DNA of 63,213 nt, counting the filler. It is 4 parts of 4 records of this genome, joined end to end, with 100 filler letters (N's around TTAATTAATTAA, not from the genome) between each part and the next. Parts side by side here need not be neighbours in the genome. Positions count along the whole stretch, not along the records: positions 9,748 to 31,630 come from SRR2962707_4367; positions 31,731 to 42,962 come from SRR2962707_4368; 2 more parts are not named here. The stretch is one strand, 5' to 3'. Shown in pieces: positions 21,817-31,939 of the stretch. The notes below the pieces were generated by a model. That model ran no database searches. It was not told the DNA's origin and worked only from the letters and a program-made list of their open reading frames with translations. Each line of letters opens with the position of its first letter. Position 1 is the stretch's first letter. The position numbers and the translations under genes are program-made.

Positions 21817-22320
21817 ATGCGCATTGTCGCCGCTCTTGTTTTGATATCGCTTGCGCTTGCTGGCTGCGCCAACGATGGCTTGCGTGAAATTCGTGGATCG
21901 GCCATGGGGCCTGATGAATTCATGGTTCAACCTGTGAAACCCTTGGTGGAGCCTGCCAATTATACCGATCTGCCGACACCGACACCCGGACAGGCAAACC
22001 TGACGGATCGCAATGCCATTGCCGAAGGTATCGCAGCCTTTGGGGGCCGACCCGAGGCGACAGCGGGCGGTATTCCGGCCAGCGATGGTGCCTTGGTCCA
22101 GCAGGCCAGCCGCTTTGGCGTGACACCTGAAATCCGTCAAGAGCTGGCTGAATCGGACGCGGCATTCCGTAAACGCAAGGCGCGGTTCACGCAGTTCAAG
22201 ATCGTCCCGACGGATCGCTACAATCAGGCCTACCGCGGGCAGTCTCTTGATGCCGAGGCCGAGGCCGCGCGCTGGCGCAGTGCAGGCGCACGCACACCTT
22301 CTGCACCACCGGCTGATTGA
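21817..22320 (+). CDS. DUF3035-like lipoprotein
   Basis: Lipobox LAGC; GPDEF.V.P.KPL..P, LPTPTPG; AGGAG RBS before ATG 21817. Confidence 0.78.
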   Translation: MRIVAALVLISLALAGCANDGLREIRGSAMGPDEFMVQPVKPLVEPANYTDLPTPTPGQANLTDRNAIAEGIAAFGGRPEATAGGIPASDGALVQQASRFGVTPEIRQELAESDAAFRKRKARFTQFKIVPTDRYNQAYRGQSLDAEAEAARWRSAGARTPSAPPAD

Positions 22321-22444
22321 TCAAACACGCGCGTTATGCCGCCGTCTGGCGGGGGCGGCGAAATTACAAATCTGTTAGGTCTCTTGATTGCCCGGTGGGG
22401 TGGCGTAAGTAGGGTCACATAGGACCCTGCTCAAAGGACCAACC

Positions 22445-23788
22445 ATGATCAGATTTCCGGCTTTGGCCGCGTTCGTTTCATTTTTGCTGCCCGCTTCGTT
22501 CGTTGTTGCGGCCCAGAATGAAGCCGTAACGCATTTCACCTTGGACAACGGGATGGAGGTCGTGGTCATCGAGGACCACCGATCCCCTTCGGTTCAGCAA
22601 ATGGTCTGGTATCGGGCAGGATCTGCGGACGAACCCAAGGGATCATCAGGTGTCGCGCATTTCCTTGAGCATCTATTGTTCAAAGCGACCGATAAAATGG
22701 CGTCGGGTGAATTTTCAGCGACGGTCGCCAAGAACGGTGGCCGTGACAACGCATTTACCAGCTACGATTACACGGCATATTTCCAGCGTGTCGCGGCGGA
22801 CCGTCTGGAACTGATGATGCAAATGGAATCGGACCGGATGAAAAACATCCGCCTGACGCCTGATAACATCGCAACTGAACGCGATGTCATCATCGAAGAA
22901 CGTAACCAACGTACCGAGAATGACCCCGGTGCACTGTTCCAAGAGCAGATGAACGCGGCGCAATACCTGAACCATCGCTATGGCACGCCCGTGATTGGCT
23001 GGATGCACGAAATGCAGGCGCTTGATCTGGAAGACGCGCTTGGCTTTTACGAGCTGTATTATTCGCCAAACAACGCGATTTTGGTGGTGTCCGGTGATGT
23101 CGAACCAAAAGAGGTTCACCGCCTGGCCGAACAATATTACGGCGTGATCCCTGCCAACCCGCACCTTCCAGAGCGGCTGCGCACCCAAGAGCCGCCGCAA
23201 ACTGCTGAACGGCGGGTCATCTTTCGTGATCCGCGCGTTGCGCAGGAATATGTCAGCAGGTCCTATTTGGCACAGGAACGCGATCCGGGGGACCAAAAAA
23301 CAGCAGCCGCGTTGACGATATTGGCCGAAATTCTGGGGGGTGGGACAACATCCTATCTGGCGGAAAAACTGCAGTTTGATGCGCAGATCGTTACATATTC
23401 TTCGGCTTATTACCAAGGTCGGTCGTTGGATGACACAACCTTTGATCTGGTCGTTGTACCGCGCCCCGATGTGACGCTGGAGGCCGCCGAAAACGCGATG
23501 GATGCCGCCATTTCGACCTTTATGAAAGAGGGCGTTGATCCCGAGCAGTTGAAGCGGATCAAAGCGCAAATGCGTGCCGAACAGGTTTATTCCCGCGACA
23601 ACGCAGAAAGAGTCGCCAACCGCTATGGCGGTGCATTGGCAATCGGGTTGAGCGTACAGGATGTGCAGGATTGGCCGGACGTTCTTGAGGCGGTCACCGC
23701 CGAAGACATCATGCAAGCAGCCCGCGATGTTTTTAACCCCGAGGCATCTGTCACGGGATGGTTGATGCGCGAAGAGGTGACCCAATGA
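22445..23788 (+). CDS. M16 family zinc peptidase (catalytic subunit)
   Basis: Signal peptide; HFLEH inverted zinc motif, NAFTSYDYT, ERDVIIEER. Confidence 0.92.
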   Translation: MIRFPALAAFVSFLLPASFVVAAQNEAVTHFTLDNGMEVVVIEDHRSPSVQQMVWYRAGSADEPKGSSGVAHFLEHLLFKATDKMASGEFSATVAKNGGRDNAFTSYDYTAYFQRVAADRLELMMQMESDRMKNIRLTPDNIATERDVIIEERNQRTENDPGALFQEQMNAAQYLNHRYGTPVIGWMHEMQALDLEDALGFYELYYSPNNAILVVSGDVEPKEVHRLAEQYYGVIPANPHLPERLRTQEPPQTAERRVIFRDPRVAQEYVSRSYLAQERDPGDQKTAAALTILAEILGGGTTSYLAEKLQFDAQIVTYSSAYYQGRSLDDTTFDLVVVPRPDVTLEAAENAMDAAISTFMKEGVDPEQLKRIKAQMRAEQVYSRDNAERVANRYGGALAIGLSVQDVQDWPDVLEAVTAEDIMQAARDVFNPEASVTGWLMREEVTQ

Positions 23789-25101
23789 GACTGATTTACG
23801 CATTTATTCTGACCGTGCTGGTGGCCGTGCCCGCCCGGGCCGAGGTGAATATTCAGGAGGTCACATCCCCCGGCGGCCTGAAGGCGTGGCTGGTAGAAGA
23901 ACCGTCGATCCCCTTTGTGGCGCTGGATATATCGTTTCGCGGCGGTGCCTCCCTTGAAGCTGCGGGCAAACGCGGCGCGATCAACTTGATGACTGCCCTG
24001 CTGGAAGAAGGCGCGGGCAGCATGGATGCGCGCGAATTCGCACGGGCGTCGGAGGGGCTGGCATCCAGTTTTAGGTTCAGCGTCGATGATGATGAGCTGA
24101 ATGTGTCGGCGCGGTTTCTGACCGAAAATCAGGACGCATCGGTGGCCCTGTTAAAAGAGGCCCTGCAAAACCCCAGCTTTGATGCCGATGCGATTGAACG
24201 GGTGCGGGATCAAGTGCTGTTGAGCATCCGGTCGAGCGCAAAAGACCCCGGCGATATTGCCCGTAAAACCATGGATGGGTTGCTTTATGGGGGTCATCCT
24301 TACGGCTCTTCGTTAAGTGGTTCGGTGAATACAGTGTCAGCTTTGACGCGCGATGATCTGGTCGCGGCGCATCGCGATGTTCTGACCCGTGATCGCATTT
24401 TTATCGGGGTTGCGGGCGATATTACGCCTCAGGCACTGGGCTTGTTACTGGATGATTTGCTGGGCGGGTTGCCTGAAACAGGCGCGCCGCTGCCAGCGCC
24501 TGCGGATGTGAACATACCATCCGGTGTTACGGTCGTTGATTTCCCGACGCCGCAATCGGTGGCGTTGTTTGCGCAAAAGGGGATCGCGCATAAAGACGAG
24601 GATTGGTTCGCGGCCACCGTGATGAACCACATTTTGGGCGGGGGATCGTTTGAAAGCCGTCTGATGGCTGAGGTGCGTGAAAAACGCGGACTGACCTATG
24701 GTGTCTATTCCTATCTGGCACCGATGGATTTGGCCGCAACCTATCAAGGGTCGGTCAGTTCGGCCAACGACCGCATTGCAGAAGCGATCAGTGTGATCCG
24801 CGACGAATGGAAAGAGATGGCTGAAAACGGCGCGACTGCCCAAGAGTTGGACGATGCCAAAACCTATATTACCGGGTCATATCCGTTGCGGTTTGACGGG
24901 AACCAACAGATCGCTGGCATTCTTGTTGGGATGCAGTTGCTGGGCCTGCCGATCGATTACATCGCGACGCGGAATGACAAAGTTGACGCGGTCACCCTAG
25001 AAGATGTGCGCCGTGTCTCGGCCGAGTTGCTGGACCCCGAGGGGTTGGCGTTTGTCGTTGTCGGCCAGCCCGAGGGCCTTGAGACAACTGCTGGCAACTA
25101 G
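23785..25101 (+). CDS. M16 family peptidase (non-catalytic partner subunit)
   Basis: No HxxEH; SRLMAEVREKRGLTYG; ATGA overlap with the upstream gene. Confidence 0.9.
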   Translation: MRLIYAFILTVLVAVPARAEVNIQEVTSPGGLKAWLVEEPSIPFVALDISFRGGASLEAAGKRGAINLMTALLEEGAGSMDAREFARASEGLASSFRFSVDDDELNVSARFLTENQDASVALLKEALQNPSFDADAIERVRDQVLLSIRSSAKDPGDIARKTMDGLLYGGHPYGSSLSGSVNTVSALTRDDLVAAHRDVLTRDRIFIGVAGDITPQALGLLLDDLLGGLPETGAPLPAPADVNIPSGVTVVDFPTPQSVALFAQKGIAHKDEDWFAATVMNHILGGGSFESRLMAEVREKRGLTYGVYSYLAPMDLAATYQGSVSSANDRIAEAISVIRDEWKEMAENGATAQELDDAKTYITGSYPLRFDGNQQIAGILVGMQLLGLPIDYIATRNDKVDAVTLEDVRRVSAELLDPEGLAFVVVGQPEGLETTAGN

Positions 25102-25143
25102 GCCGTGACCGAATTGAGGCGCTGACGCGCCGCATGATGTTTT

Positions 25144-25200
25144 GCCGGACCTTGGCGGTCCGGCGTGCCTTCGGCGAGGATATTTATAAGCCAGAGAAGA
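25144..25200 (-). repeat. Hairpin (GCCGGAC/GTCCGGC) plus short intergenic repeat, copy 2, between convergent genes
   Basis: 7-bp stem at 25144-25164; TGCCTTCGGCGAGGAT at 25166-25181 matches 13962-13977. Confidence 0.55.
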
Positions 25201-25209
25201 TGATCGGAG

Positions 25210-27549
25210 TTATTCGCCGTAGGGGATCCAGATGTTTTTAACTTCGGTGGATGCTTGCAGGAAGATGTGCCCTTCGCCGGACGCGCTGGACCAGTCGCGG
25301 GCTTTACCGTTGTTGACCCATGTTCGCTTGAGGTTTTGGGCAGATGTGTTTTCAATCAATTGGCTGAGCGGTTCGGCACCAAAGCTCCAGACTGCATCGA
25401 TGTCCATGTGGCGCGCCATCGTTTCGGCAAGGTCCGTGTGGGGGCCGGTCAGGATGTTGACCACGCCCGCGGGGACGTCCGACGTTTCAAGCACTTGCAC
25501 GAAATCTGTCGCTGACAACGGGAAGGGCGTGCTGGCGGCCAGAACAATGCGGTTACCCATCGCGATGGCGGGTGCCATGCAGGATATCAGGCCAAGCAAC
25601 GGGGCCTCATCCGGGCAGATTGCGCCGATGACGCCCACGGGTTCTTTCATAGCAAGTGAGGCACCCCGAATGGGAACGCCGTGCACTTGGCCATCATATT
25701 TGTCGGCCCATGCTGCATAGGTAAACAGACGGCTGATTGATGCGGCGACCTCTTTTGCGCCCGATTTTCCGCCTTGCATGGCATCAAGCCTATTGGCGAA
25801 CTCGTCGCTTCGTGCAGCCAGGTTTTCCGCGATATAATACAGGATTTGTGCCCGCAGGTGGCCGGTTGTTTTGCTCCAGCCTTTTGCGGCATGGGCGGCT
25901 TCGACTGCGTTGCGGACATCTTTTCGCCCGGCCAAAGATATATGGCCCAAAAGCCCACCCGATTTGGCCCAGATCGGGGCGGATTGCCCGCCGTCAGGGC
26001 GCGCTTGTTTGCCGCCGATATACAGCTTTGCTGTGCGGTCTATCCCACCTTCTGGGCTGCCTTTGCCCTGCATCGGCGCGGGTGCCTTAAGGGGCTTTGG
26101 GTCGTCTTTAGGCTTTGTATAGGCGGTCAGACCTTCCCACCCGCCTTCGCGGCCAAAGCCGCTTTCGCGCAGGCCGCCAAACCCCGCTGCCGCATCAAGC
26201 ATATTGGTACCGTTGATCCAGACCACGCCGGCCACCAGCTTGGGCGCGATATCAAGGGCAAGATTGATGTTCTCGGACCAGATCGTCGCGGCAAGACCAT
26301 AGCGGGTATTGTTTGCGACTGCCACGGCCTCTTCCGGGGTGCGGAAGGTCGTGGACACCAGAACGGGGCCAAAGATTTCCTCTTGCATCAAGGTGTCGGC
26401 GGGGCTGAGACCGGTGATAAGGGTTGGTGGATAGAAACAACCGCTTTTGGGAATATCGCCCGCGGTAAACACGTCACCAGCACTATTAGATGTGACCAAA
26501 TCAGTGACACGTTGCACCTGCACAGGATCGACCAGCGCGCCGACATCGATGGATTTGTCCAAGGGGTTGCCAACGCGCAGTTTCGCCATCCGGGTACGCA
26601 ATTTGGCATAGAACCGATCGGCAACGGGTTCGTGGACCAACAGCCGCGAGCCGGCACAGCACACCTGTCCTTGATTAAACCAAATCGCATCCACCAACCC
26701 CTCGACTGCGGAATCCAGATCGGCGTCATCAAACACGATATAGGGGGATTTTCCGCCCAGCTCGAGGGTCAGCGCCTTGCCGCTGCCTGCGGTTTCTTCG
26801 CGGATGCGGCGGCCCACGGCTGTCGATCCGGTAAACGCTATTTTGTCTACATCGGCGTTCACGATCATCTGACCAACCGCGCCATCGCCAGTCACGATAT
26901 TCACAACACCTTTGGGCAATCCGGCTTGTTGGCAGATATCGGCAAACATCATAGCCGTAAGCGATGTGTATTCGGCAGGCTTCAGGACCACAGTGTTCCC
27001 CATGGCAAGGGCGGGTGCCACTTTCCACGCCAACATCAGCAAAGGGAAGTTCCACGGAATAATCTGGCCGCACACACCTAGCGCCTGCGCGTCGGGCAGT
27101 TCGCTTTCCATCAGCTGTGCCATCCCGGCGTGGTAATAGAAATGGCGTTGCGCCAACGGGATATCGACATCGCGGGCTTCGCGGATCGGCTTGCCGTTGT
27201 CCAATGTCTCAAGCACTGCAAACAGGCGGCTGTGCTTTTGCAGCAGCCGCGCGATCGCATAAAGGTATTTCGCGCGCTCATGGCCAGACAGCTTTGCCCA
27301 TTTGGGCTGTGCTTTGCGTGCGGCGGTAACGGCGGTGTCGACCTCGGCTTGGGTGGCTTGCGTCAGGTTTGCCAGCACATTGCCATTCGCAGGGTTGCGG
27401 CTTTCAAAGTCGTCCCGTGGCGCTGTAAATGCGCCGTCGATGAAATGGCCAAACCGGCTGCCCTGATCAACCAACCATGCCAAGGCGTCAGCGGCGGATT
27501 CCGGGGCAACCCCATAGTCCATGGTCTCATAGATTTCGGAAACGCTCAT
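25210..27549 (-). CDS. Long two-domain aldehyde dehydrogenase (ALDH16-like) linked to deoC
   Basis: Complete N-terminal ALDH (PWNFP, FTGS, LELGGKSP, GQVCCAG, EEIFGP) plus a second truncated ALDH NAD-binding-like domain. Confidence 0.9.
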   Translation of the reverse strand: MSVSEIYETMDYGVAPESAADALAWLVDQGSRFGHFIDGAFTAPRDDFESRNPANGNVLANLTQATQAEVDTAVTAARKAQPKWAKLSGHERAKYLYAIARLLQKHSRLFAVLETLDNGKPIREARDVDIPLAQRHFYYHAGMAQLMESELPDAQALGVCGQIIPWNFPLLMLAWKVAPALAMGNTVVLKPAEYTSLTAMMFADICQQAGLPKGVVNIVTGDGAVGQMIVNADVDKIAFTGSTAVGRRIREETAGSGKALTLELGGKSPYIVFDDADLDSAVEGLVDAIWFNQGQVCCAGSRLLVHEPVADRFYAKLRTRMAKLRVGNPLDKSIDVGALVDPVQVQRVTDLVTSNSAGDVFTAGDIPKSGCFYPPTLITGLSPADTLMQEEIFGPVLVSTTFRTPEEAVAVANNTRYGLAATIWSENINLALDIAPKLVAGVVWINGTNMLDAAAGFGGLRESGFGREGGWEGLTAYTKPKDDPKPLKAPAPMQGKGSPEGGIDRTAKLYIGGKQARPDGGQSAPIWAKSGGLLGHISLAGRKDVRNAVEAAHAAKGWSKTTGHLRAQILYYIAENLAARSDEFANRLDAMQGGKSGAKEVAASISRLFTYAAWADKYDGQVHGVPIRGASLAMKEPVGVIGAICPDEAPLLGLISCMAPAIAMGNRIVLAASTPFPLSATDFVQVLETSDVPAGVVNILTGPHTDLAETMARHMDIDAVWSFGAEPLSQLIENTSAQNLKRTWVNNGKARDWSSASGEGHIFLQASTEVKNIWIPYGE

Positions 27550-27598
27550 GGCTTCACCCTTTTATAAATACTCAAATCCAACGCCCAATGCATTCGGT

Positions 27599-28600
27599 TT
27601 AGCTGATGGCGTGGCGATAGCTTGCGGAATAGCTGCCGGTCACATGATGCTCTAGCTGGCGTTCAATATCCCCCAGCAGGGATGACGCGCCAAAGCGGAA
27701 CAGATCGGGCCGCAGCCAGCGGTCGCCCAGCTCTTCCTTGATCAAGGCAAGATAGGTAATCGCGTCTTTCGCCTTTGATATGCCGCCCGCAGGTTTATAG
27801 CCGATGCGAATACCGGTCCGGTCGAAATAGTCGCGAATGGCGCGGATCATCACCAATGTGACGGGCAATGTGGCGTTCACGCTTTCCTTGCCGGTCGAGG
27901 TTTTGATGAAATCGGCCCCTGCCATCATGCAAACGAGCGATGCGCGCGCAACATTGCGCAGGCTACCCAATTCGCCGGTTGCCAGAATTGCTTTCACATG
28001 CGCGTCGCCGCAAGCGGCCCGAAAGGCGCGCATCTCGTCATACAATGCCTGCCAGTCCCCTGACAAAACATGGCGGCGTGAAATGACGATGTCGATTTCT
28101 GCTGCCCCTTCGGCCACGCTCATCTCGATCTCTTTGATGCGCAGTTCTAGCGGGGATAATCCGGCTGGAAACCCGGTTGAAACAGCGGCGATGGGGATAT
28201 TCGTTCCCTCAAGGGCGGCCTTCGCGGGGGCGATCATTTCATGATAGACACAGACGGCACCAACGGTGATCGGCTCCATGCCTAGGGCTTTCATCAAATG
28301 TGGGGACACAGGTTGCCGGGCTTTTGCACACAGCCGCTGCACCCTGCGCGCGGTGTCATCGCCGGACAATGTCGTTAGATCGATGCACGTGATGGCGCGC
28401 AGCAGCCATGCGGCCTGATGATCCTTTTTGACAGACCTGCGCGCGGCGATGCTGCTGGCACGCCGTTCCACGGCAGATGTGTTGACCTGAACGGATCGGA
28501 CCCAATCCATGTCCAGGGGCATGCCCGGATTGCGCGGCTCTGTCACTTGGGGCAGATGGCTTTGCGCGATGTCAGTCGGGGTTGTCACATGTGTGGACAT
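27599..28600 (-). CDS. deoC: Deoxyribose-phosphate aldolase
   Basis: IDLTTLSGDDT, STGFPAG, EIDIVI, KAILATGEL, FIKTSTGK, KPAGGI, RFGASSLL. Confidence 0.95.
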   Translation of the reverse strand: MSTHVTTPTDIAQSHLPQVTEPRNPGMPLDMDWVRSVQVNTSAVERRASSIAARRSVKKDHQAAWLLRAITCIDLTTLSGDDTARRVQRLCAKARQPVSPHLMKALGMEPITVGAVCVYHEMIAPAKAALEGTNIPIAAVSTGFPAGLSPLELRIKEIEMSVAEGAAEIDIVISRRHVLSGDWQALYDEMRAFRAACGDAHVKAILATGELGSLRNVARASLVCMMAGADFIKTSTGKESVNATLPVTLVMIRAIRDYFDRTGIRIGYKPAGGISKAKDAITYLALIKEELGDRWLRPDLFRFGASSLLGDIERQLEHHVTGSYSASYRHAIS

Positions 28601-28686
28601 GGGCGTTTTCCTGTTTGATCAGAAGTGCAAAATGACACGGGTACTGCTTGTTTTGCAACCGCAACGCCCCCGACGTCACGCTGCCG

Positions 28687-29046
28687 TTAGCTGCCGCGAT
28701 AGGTGGAATAGCCGAACGGAGAAAGCAAAAGCGGCACGTGGTAATGCGCGTCCGGGTCCGAAATGCCAAAGCGCAGGGGTATTTGATCCAGAAACCGTGG
28801 TGTTTCTGGCGGGGTGCCAATCGCATCCAGATAATCGCCCGCTTCGAACACCAGCTCGTAAGTGCCGGGGGCAAATTGACCTTTTGGCAGGATCGGCGTG
28901 TCGGTGCGGCCATCTGCATTGGTCACCATATGGGCAAGGTGCACGCGTTTATCCCCGTCAATCCGGTACAACGTGATCGCAAGCCCGCTGGCTGGCATCC
29001 CGCGCGCAGTATCAAGGACATGGGTCGTGAGATAGCCATCTGCCAT
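28687..29046 (-). CDS. uraH: 5-hydroxyisourate hydrolase
   Basis: [34 protein letters not shown]; start at ATG 29046. Confidence 0.95.
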   Translation of the reverse strand: MADGYLTTHVLDTARGMPASGLAITLYRIDGDKRVHLAHMVTNADGRTDTPILPKGQFAPGTYELVFEAGDYLDAIGTPPETPRFLDQIPLRFGISDPDAHYHVPLLLSPFGYSTYRGS

Positions 29047-29588
29047 GGTGTCGGTCTTTCGTTGGTTGTTTCGGTGCAGGATAGGGGCGGCACTTACCGC
29101 GTCAATGGCTGTCATGCGCGGCGGCCGCGGTCTTTTATCAAGGAAAATGCCAGACCGATTCGTTTTTGTTTTGACCCGCGAATCATCCTTGGCTTATATG
29201 GATGTCACAAGTGACCAGATGCGCCGCCTGCCAGCGGGGGAAAATAAGTCTGAGGCTTGTACGCTGGGGAACAGAATTTCGATATTCGAGCACGCCATAG
29301 TAAAATGGTGACTTTAGGACAGGGACCGGCAGGACTGAACGTACCATGCGTATTGTCAGCGGTCCCTGTCCAACTTTAACGCCGCAGCCGCCGCCAAATT
29401 TGAAGAGTATCAGATCGGCCAGCGCCCGAGAACTCTCGGATAACAAGCGAGCAGGGCCAATACGCGCAGATCTGGCAACGGGCTGACCTTTTGAACAGGT
29501 CGGCCTGTTGTACTTTTTGCAGGTTGGATTCTTGCAATTGGTCTGCTTGGCAAGGCACTGTTGATAGTGTTGAACAAAGGACAGGACA

Positions 29589-31001
29589 ATGAACCGCTAC
29601 CCTCGTGATTTTCAGGGCTATGGCCCGACACCGCCCGATGCACAATGGCCCGGCGGTGCCCGCATCGCAGTTCAGTTCGTGGTGAATTACGAAGAGGGCG
29701 GCGAGAATAACATCCTGCACGGCGATGCCGCATCCGAGGCATTCCTGTCCGAGATCGTCGGGGCAGCACCTTGGCCGGGTCAACGTCATTGGAACATGGA
29801 ATCCATCTATGATTATGGCGCGCGGGCAGGGTTCTGGCGCCTGCACCGCTTGTTCACCGGCGCGGATATTCCGGTCACGGTCTATGGTGTCGCCAGTGCC
29901 TTGGCGCGGTCGCCGCAGCAGGTCGAGGCGATGAAAGACGCCGATTGGGAAATTGCCAGTCACGGCCTGAAATGGATCGACTACAAGGATCATAACGCCG
30001 AAACCGAAAGCGCGGACATCGCCGAAGCGATCCGACTGCATACCGAAGTCGTGGGCGAAGCCCCCCGTGGCTGGTACACTGGGCGCAGTTCGGTCAATAC
30101 GGTCGCCTTGGCCGCCGAAACAGGCGCGTTCGATTATATCTCAGACACCTATGACGACGATCTGCCCTATTGGATGCAAGTTGCGGGCGGGGATCAGTTG
30201 ATCATCCCCTACACGCTGGATTGCAATGATATGCGATTTGCCACGCCTCAAGGGTTCAATTCCGGCGACCAGTTTTACACATATCTGCGCGATACCTTTG
30301 ATGCGTTATATGCCGAAGGCTGCGATGGTGCGGCCAAGATGATGTCGGTTGGTTTGCATTGTCGCCTTGTTGGCCGTCCCGGCCGCGTTCAGGCGCTGAA
30401 ACGGTTCATCGACTATATCAAAGGGTTCGAAGGTGTCTGGACCCCGCGCCGCATCGACATTGCGGATCATTGGCGCGCGACCCACCCGCCAAAGCACCCC
30501 CTGCGGATCGACCAAATGTCCCGTGCGGACTTTGTTGAAAAGTTCGGTGGCGTGTTTGAACATTCTGCATGGATCGCCGAACGGGCCTTTGATCTGGAAC
30601 TGGGTCCGGCCCATAATTGTGTCGCAGGCATTCATAACGCATTGGCGCGCATGTTCAGATCGGCCAGCCACGGTGAACGCTTGGGCGTTCTGACCGCACA
30701 CCCCGATCTGGCGGGAAAGCTGGCTGCGGCCAAACGACTTACCGCCGAAAGCACAGCCGAACAGGGCAGCGCGGGCCTAGATGCGTTAACGGATGCAGAG
30801 CGTGCAAAATTCACTGAACTGAACGGGGCTTACGTGACCAAGCACGGCTTTCCTTTTATCATCGCGGTGAAAGATCACGACAAGGACGGTATCCTGCGCC
30901 ACTTTGAGGCGCGGATATCGAACGATACCCAAACCGAATTTGAAACCGCCTGTGCGCAGGTCGAACGTATCGCACGTTTGCGATTGGAAACCATGCTATG
31001 A
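29589..31001 (+). CDS. puuE: Allantoinase PuuE fused to C-terminal OHCU decarboxylase (UraD-like) domain
   Basis: YPRDF.GYG, VNYEEGGEN, ESIYDYGARAGFWR, GLHCRLVGRPGR; C-terminal FEHSAWIAE, AHPDLAGK, S.AEQ..AGL, GFPFIIAV. Confidence 0.93.
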   Translation: MNRYPRDFQGYGPTPPDAQWPGGARIAVQFVVNYEEGGENNILHGDAASEAFLSEIVGAAPWPGQRHWNMESIYDYGARAGFWRLHRLFTGADIPVTVYGVASALARSPQQVEAMKDADWEIASHGLKWIDYKDHNAETESADIAEAIRLHTEVVGEAPRGWYTGRSSVNTVALAAETGAFDYISDTYDDDLPYWMQVAGGDQLIIPYTLDCNDMRFATPQGFNSGDQFYTYLRDTFDALYAEGCDGAAKMMSVGLHCRLVGRPGRVQALKRFIDYIKGFEGVWTPRRIDIADHWRATHPPKHPLRIDQMSRADFVEKFGGVFEHSAWIAERAFDLELGPAHNCVAGIHNALARMFRSASHGERLGVLTAHPDLAGKLAAAKRLTAESTAEQGSAGLDALTDAERAKFTELNGAYVTKHGFPFIIAVKDHDKDGILRHFEARISNDTQTEFETACAQVERIARLRLETML

Positions 31002-31630
31002 CCTATGCCTTTCCCCCCGGCGGATTGCCGGACCAGTCACAATCTCCCGAAAGCACTGCGGTGTTTACAGACGCCTATGCGGTGATCCCCGCGTCGGTGC
31101 AGCGCGATATCGTCACCAGTTTTCTGCCCGGATGGTCGAACACCCGCGTCTGGGTCTTGGCGCGCCCACTTAGCGGGTTTGCCGAAACATTCGCGCAATA
31201 CGCGCTTGAACTGGCCCCCGGCGGAGGAAGCGACACCCCCGAACCTGATATCGATGCCCAAGCGGTGCTGTTGGTGGCCCATGGCACGGCACGTCTGACC
31301 ATCGGGCAAGACGCCTATGATCTGATCCCCGGCTCTTATGTCTATCTGCCGCCCGCGGCTGACTGGACCCTGTGGAATACCGCCGACGTGCCCTGCGGCA
31401 TCCATTGGATTCGCAAACGCTATGTCCCCGCCGAGGGTCTGCAACCGCCGCAAGCGTTGGTGACCCACGACGATGACGTGCCCAAAATGGCAATGCCAGA
31501 CACCGATGGCGCTTGGGCCACGCAGCGCTTTATCGATCCGCTCGATTTGCGCCACGACATGCATGTAAACATCGTGACGTTCCAGCCGGGCGGGGTGATT
31601 CCCTTTGCCGAAACCCATGTGATGGAACAC
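30998..31630 (+). CDS. (S)-ureidoglycine aminohydrolase (3' truncated)
   Basis: DIVTSFLP, LARPLSGFAETFAQY, HWIRKRY, DMHVNIVTFQPGGVIPFAETHVMEH cupin motif; follows puuE. Confidence 0.88.
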
Positions 31631-31730
31631 NNNNNNNNNNNNNNNNNNNNNNNNNNNNNNNNNNNNNNNNNNNNTTAATTAATTAANNNNNNNNNNNNNN
31701 NNNNNNNNNNNNNNNNNNNNNNNNNNNNNN
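31631..31730. other. Artificial contig spacer (N44-TTAATTAATTAA-N44)
   Basis: Same 100-bp linker; separates bacterial from eukaryotic sequence. Confidence 0.98.
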
Positions 31731-31757
31731 GTTGTTGTTGTTGTTGTTGTTGTTGTT
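31731..31757. repeat. (GTT)n microsatellite at contig end
   Basis: About nine GTT units, typical of an assembly break in a eukaryotic genome. Confidence 0.9.
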
Positions 31758-31939
31758 TCACAGCGGCAGTCTGGTTGACTGCCTAGCTTCCTGGGTGACT
31801 GACTGCAAGAAACTGTTCCATTGCATCGCGCCTCTGATCGTTTCGATCTGTTTCGATTGTGCTCGCTTCAGTTCACTTCACTTGACGCGGTTTTTGCTCG
31901 ATTGGTTCCACTCCACGTCACTTCCTTTAGTTTGTGGGG

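Noticed and set aside
25210-31001. Double-length ALDH beside deoC, and the PuuE-OHCU decarboxylase fusion, as novelties
   Set aside because: Both are known arrangements in alphaproteobacteria.
31631-31730. Bacterium-to-eukaryote HGT junction
   Set aside because: The junction is an artificial spacer, and the bacterial gene is simply cut at the contig end.
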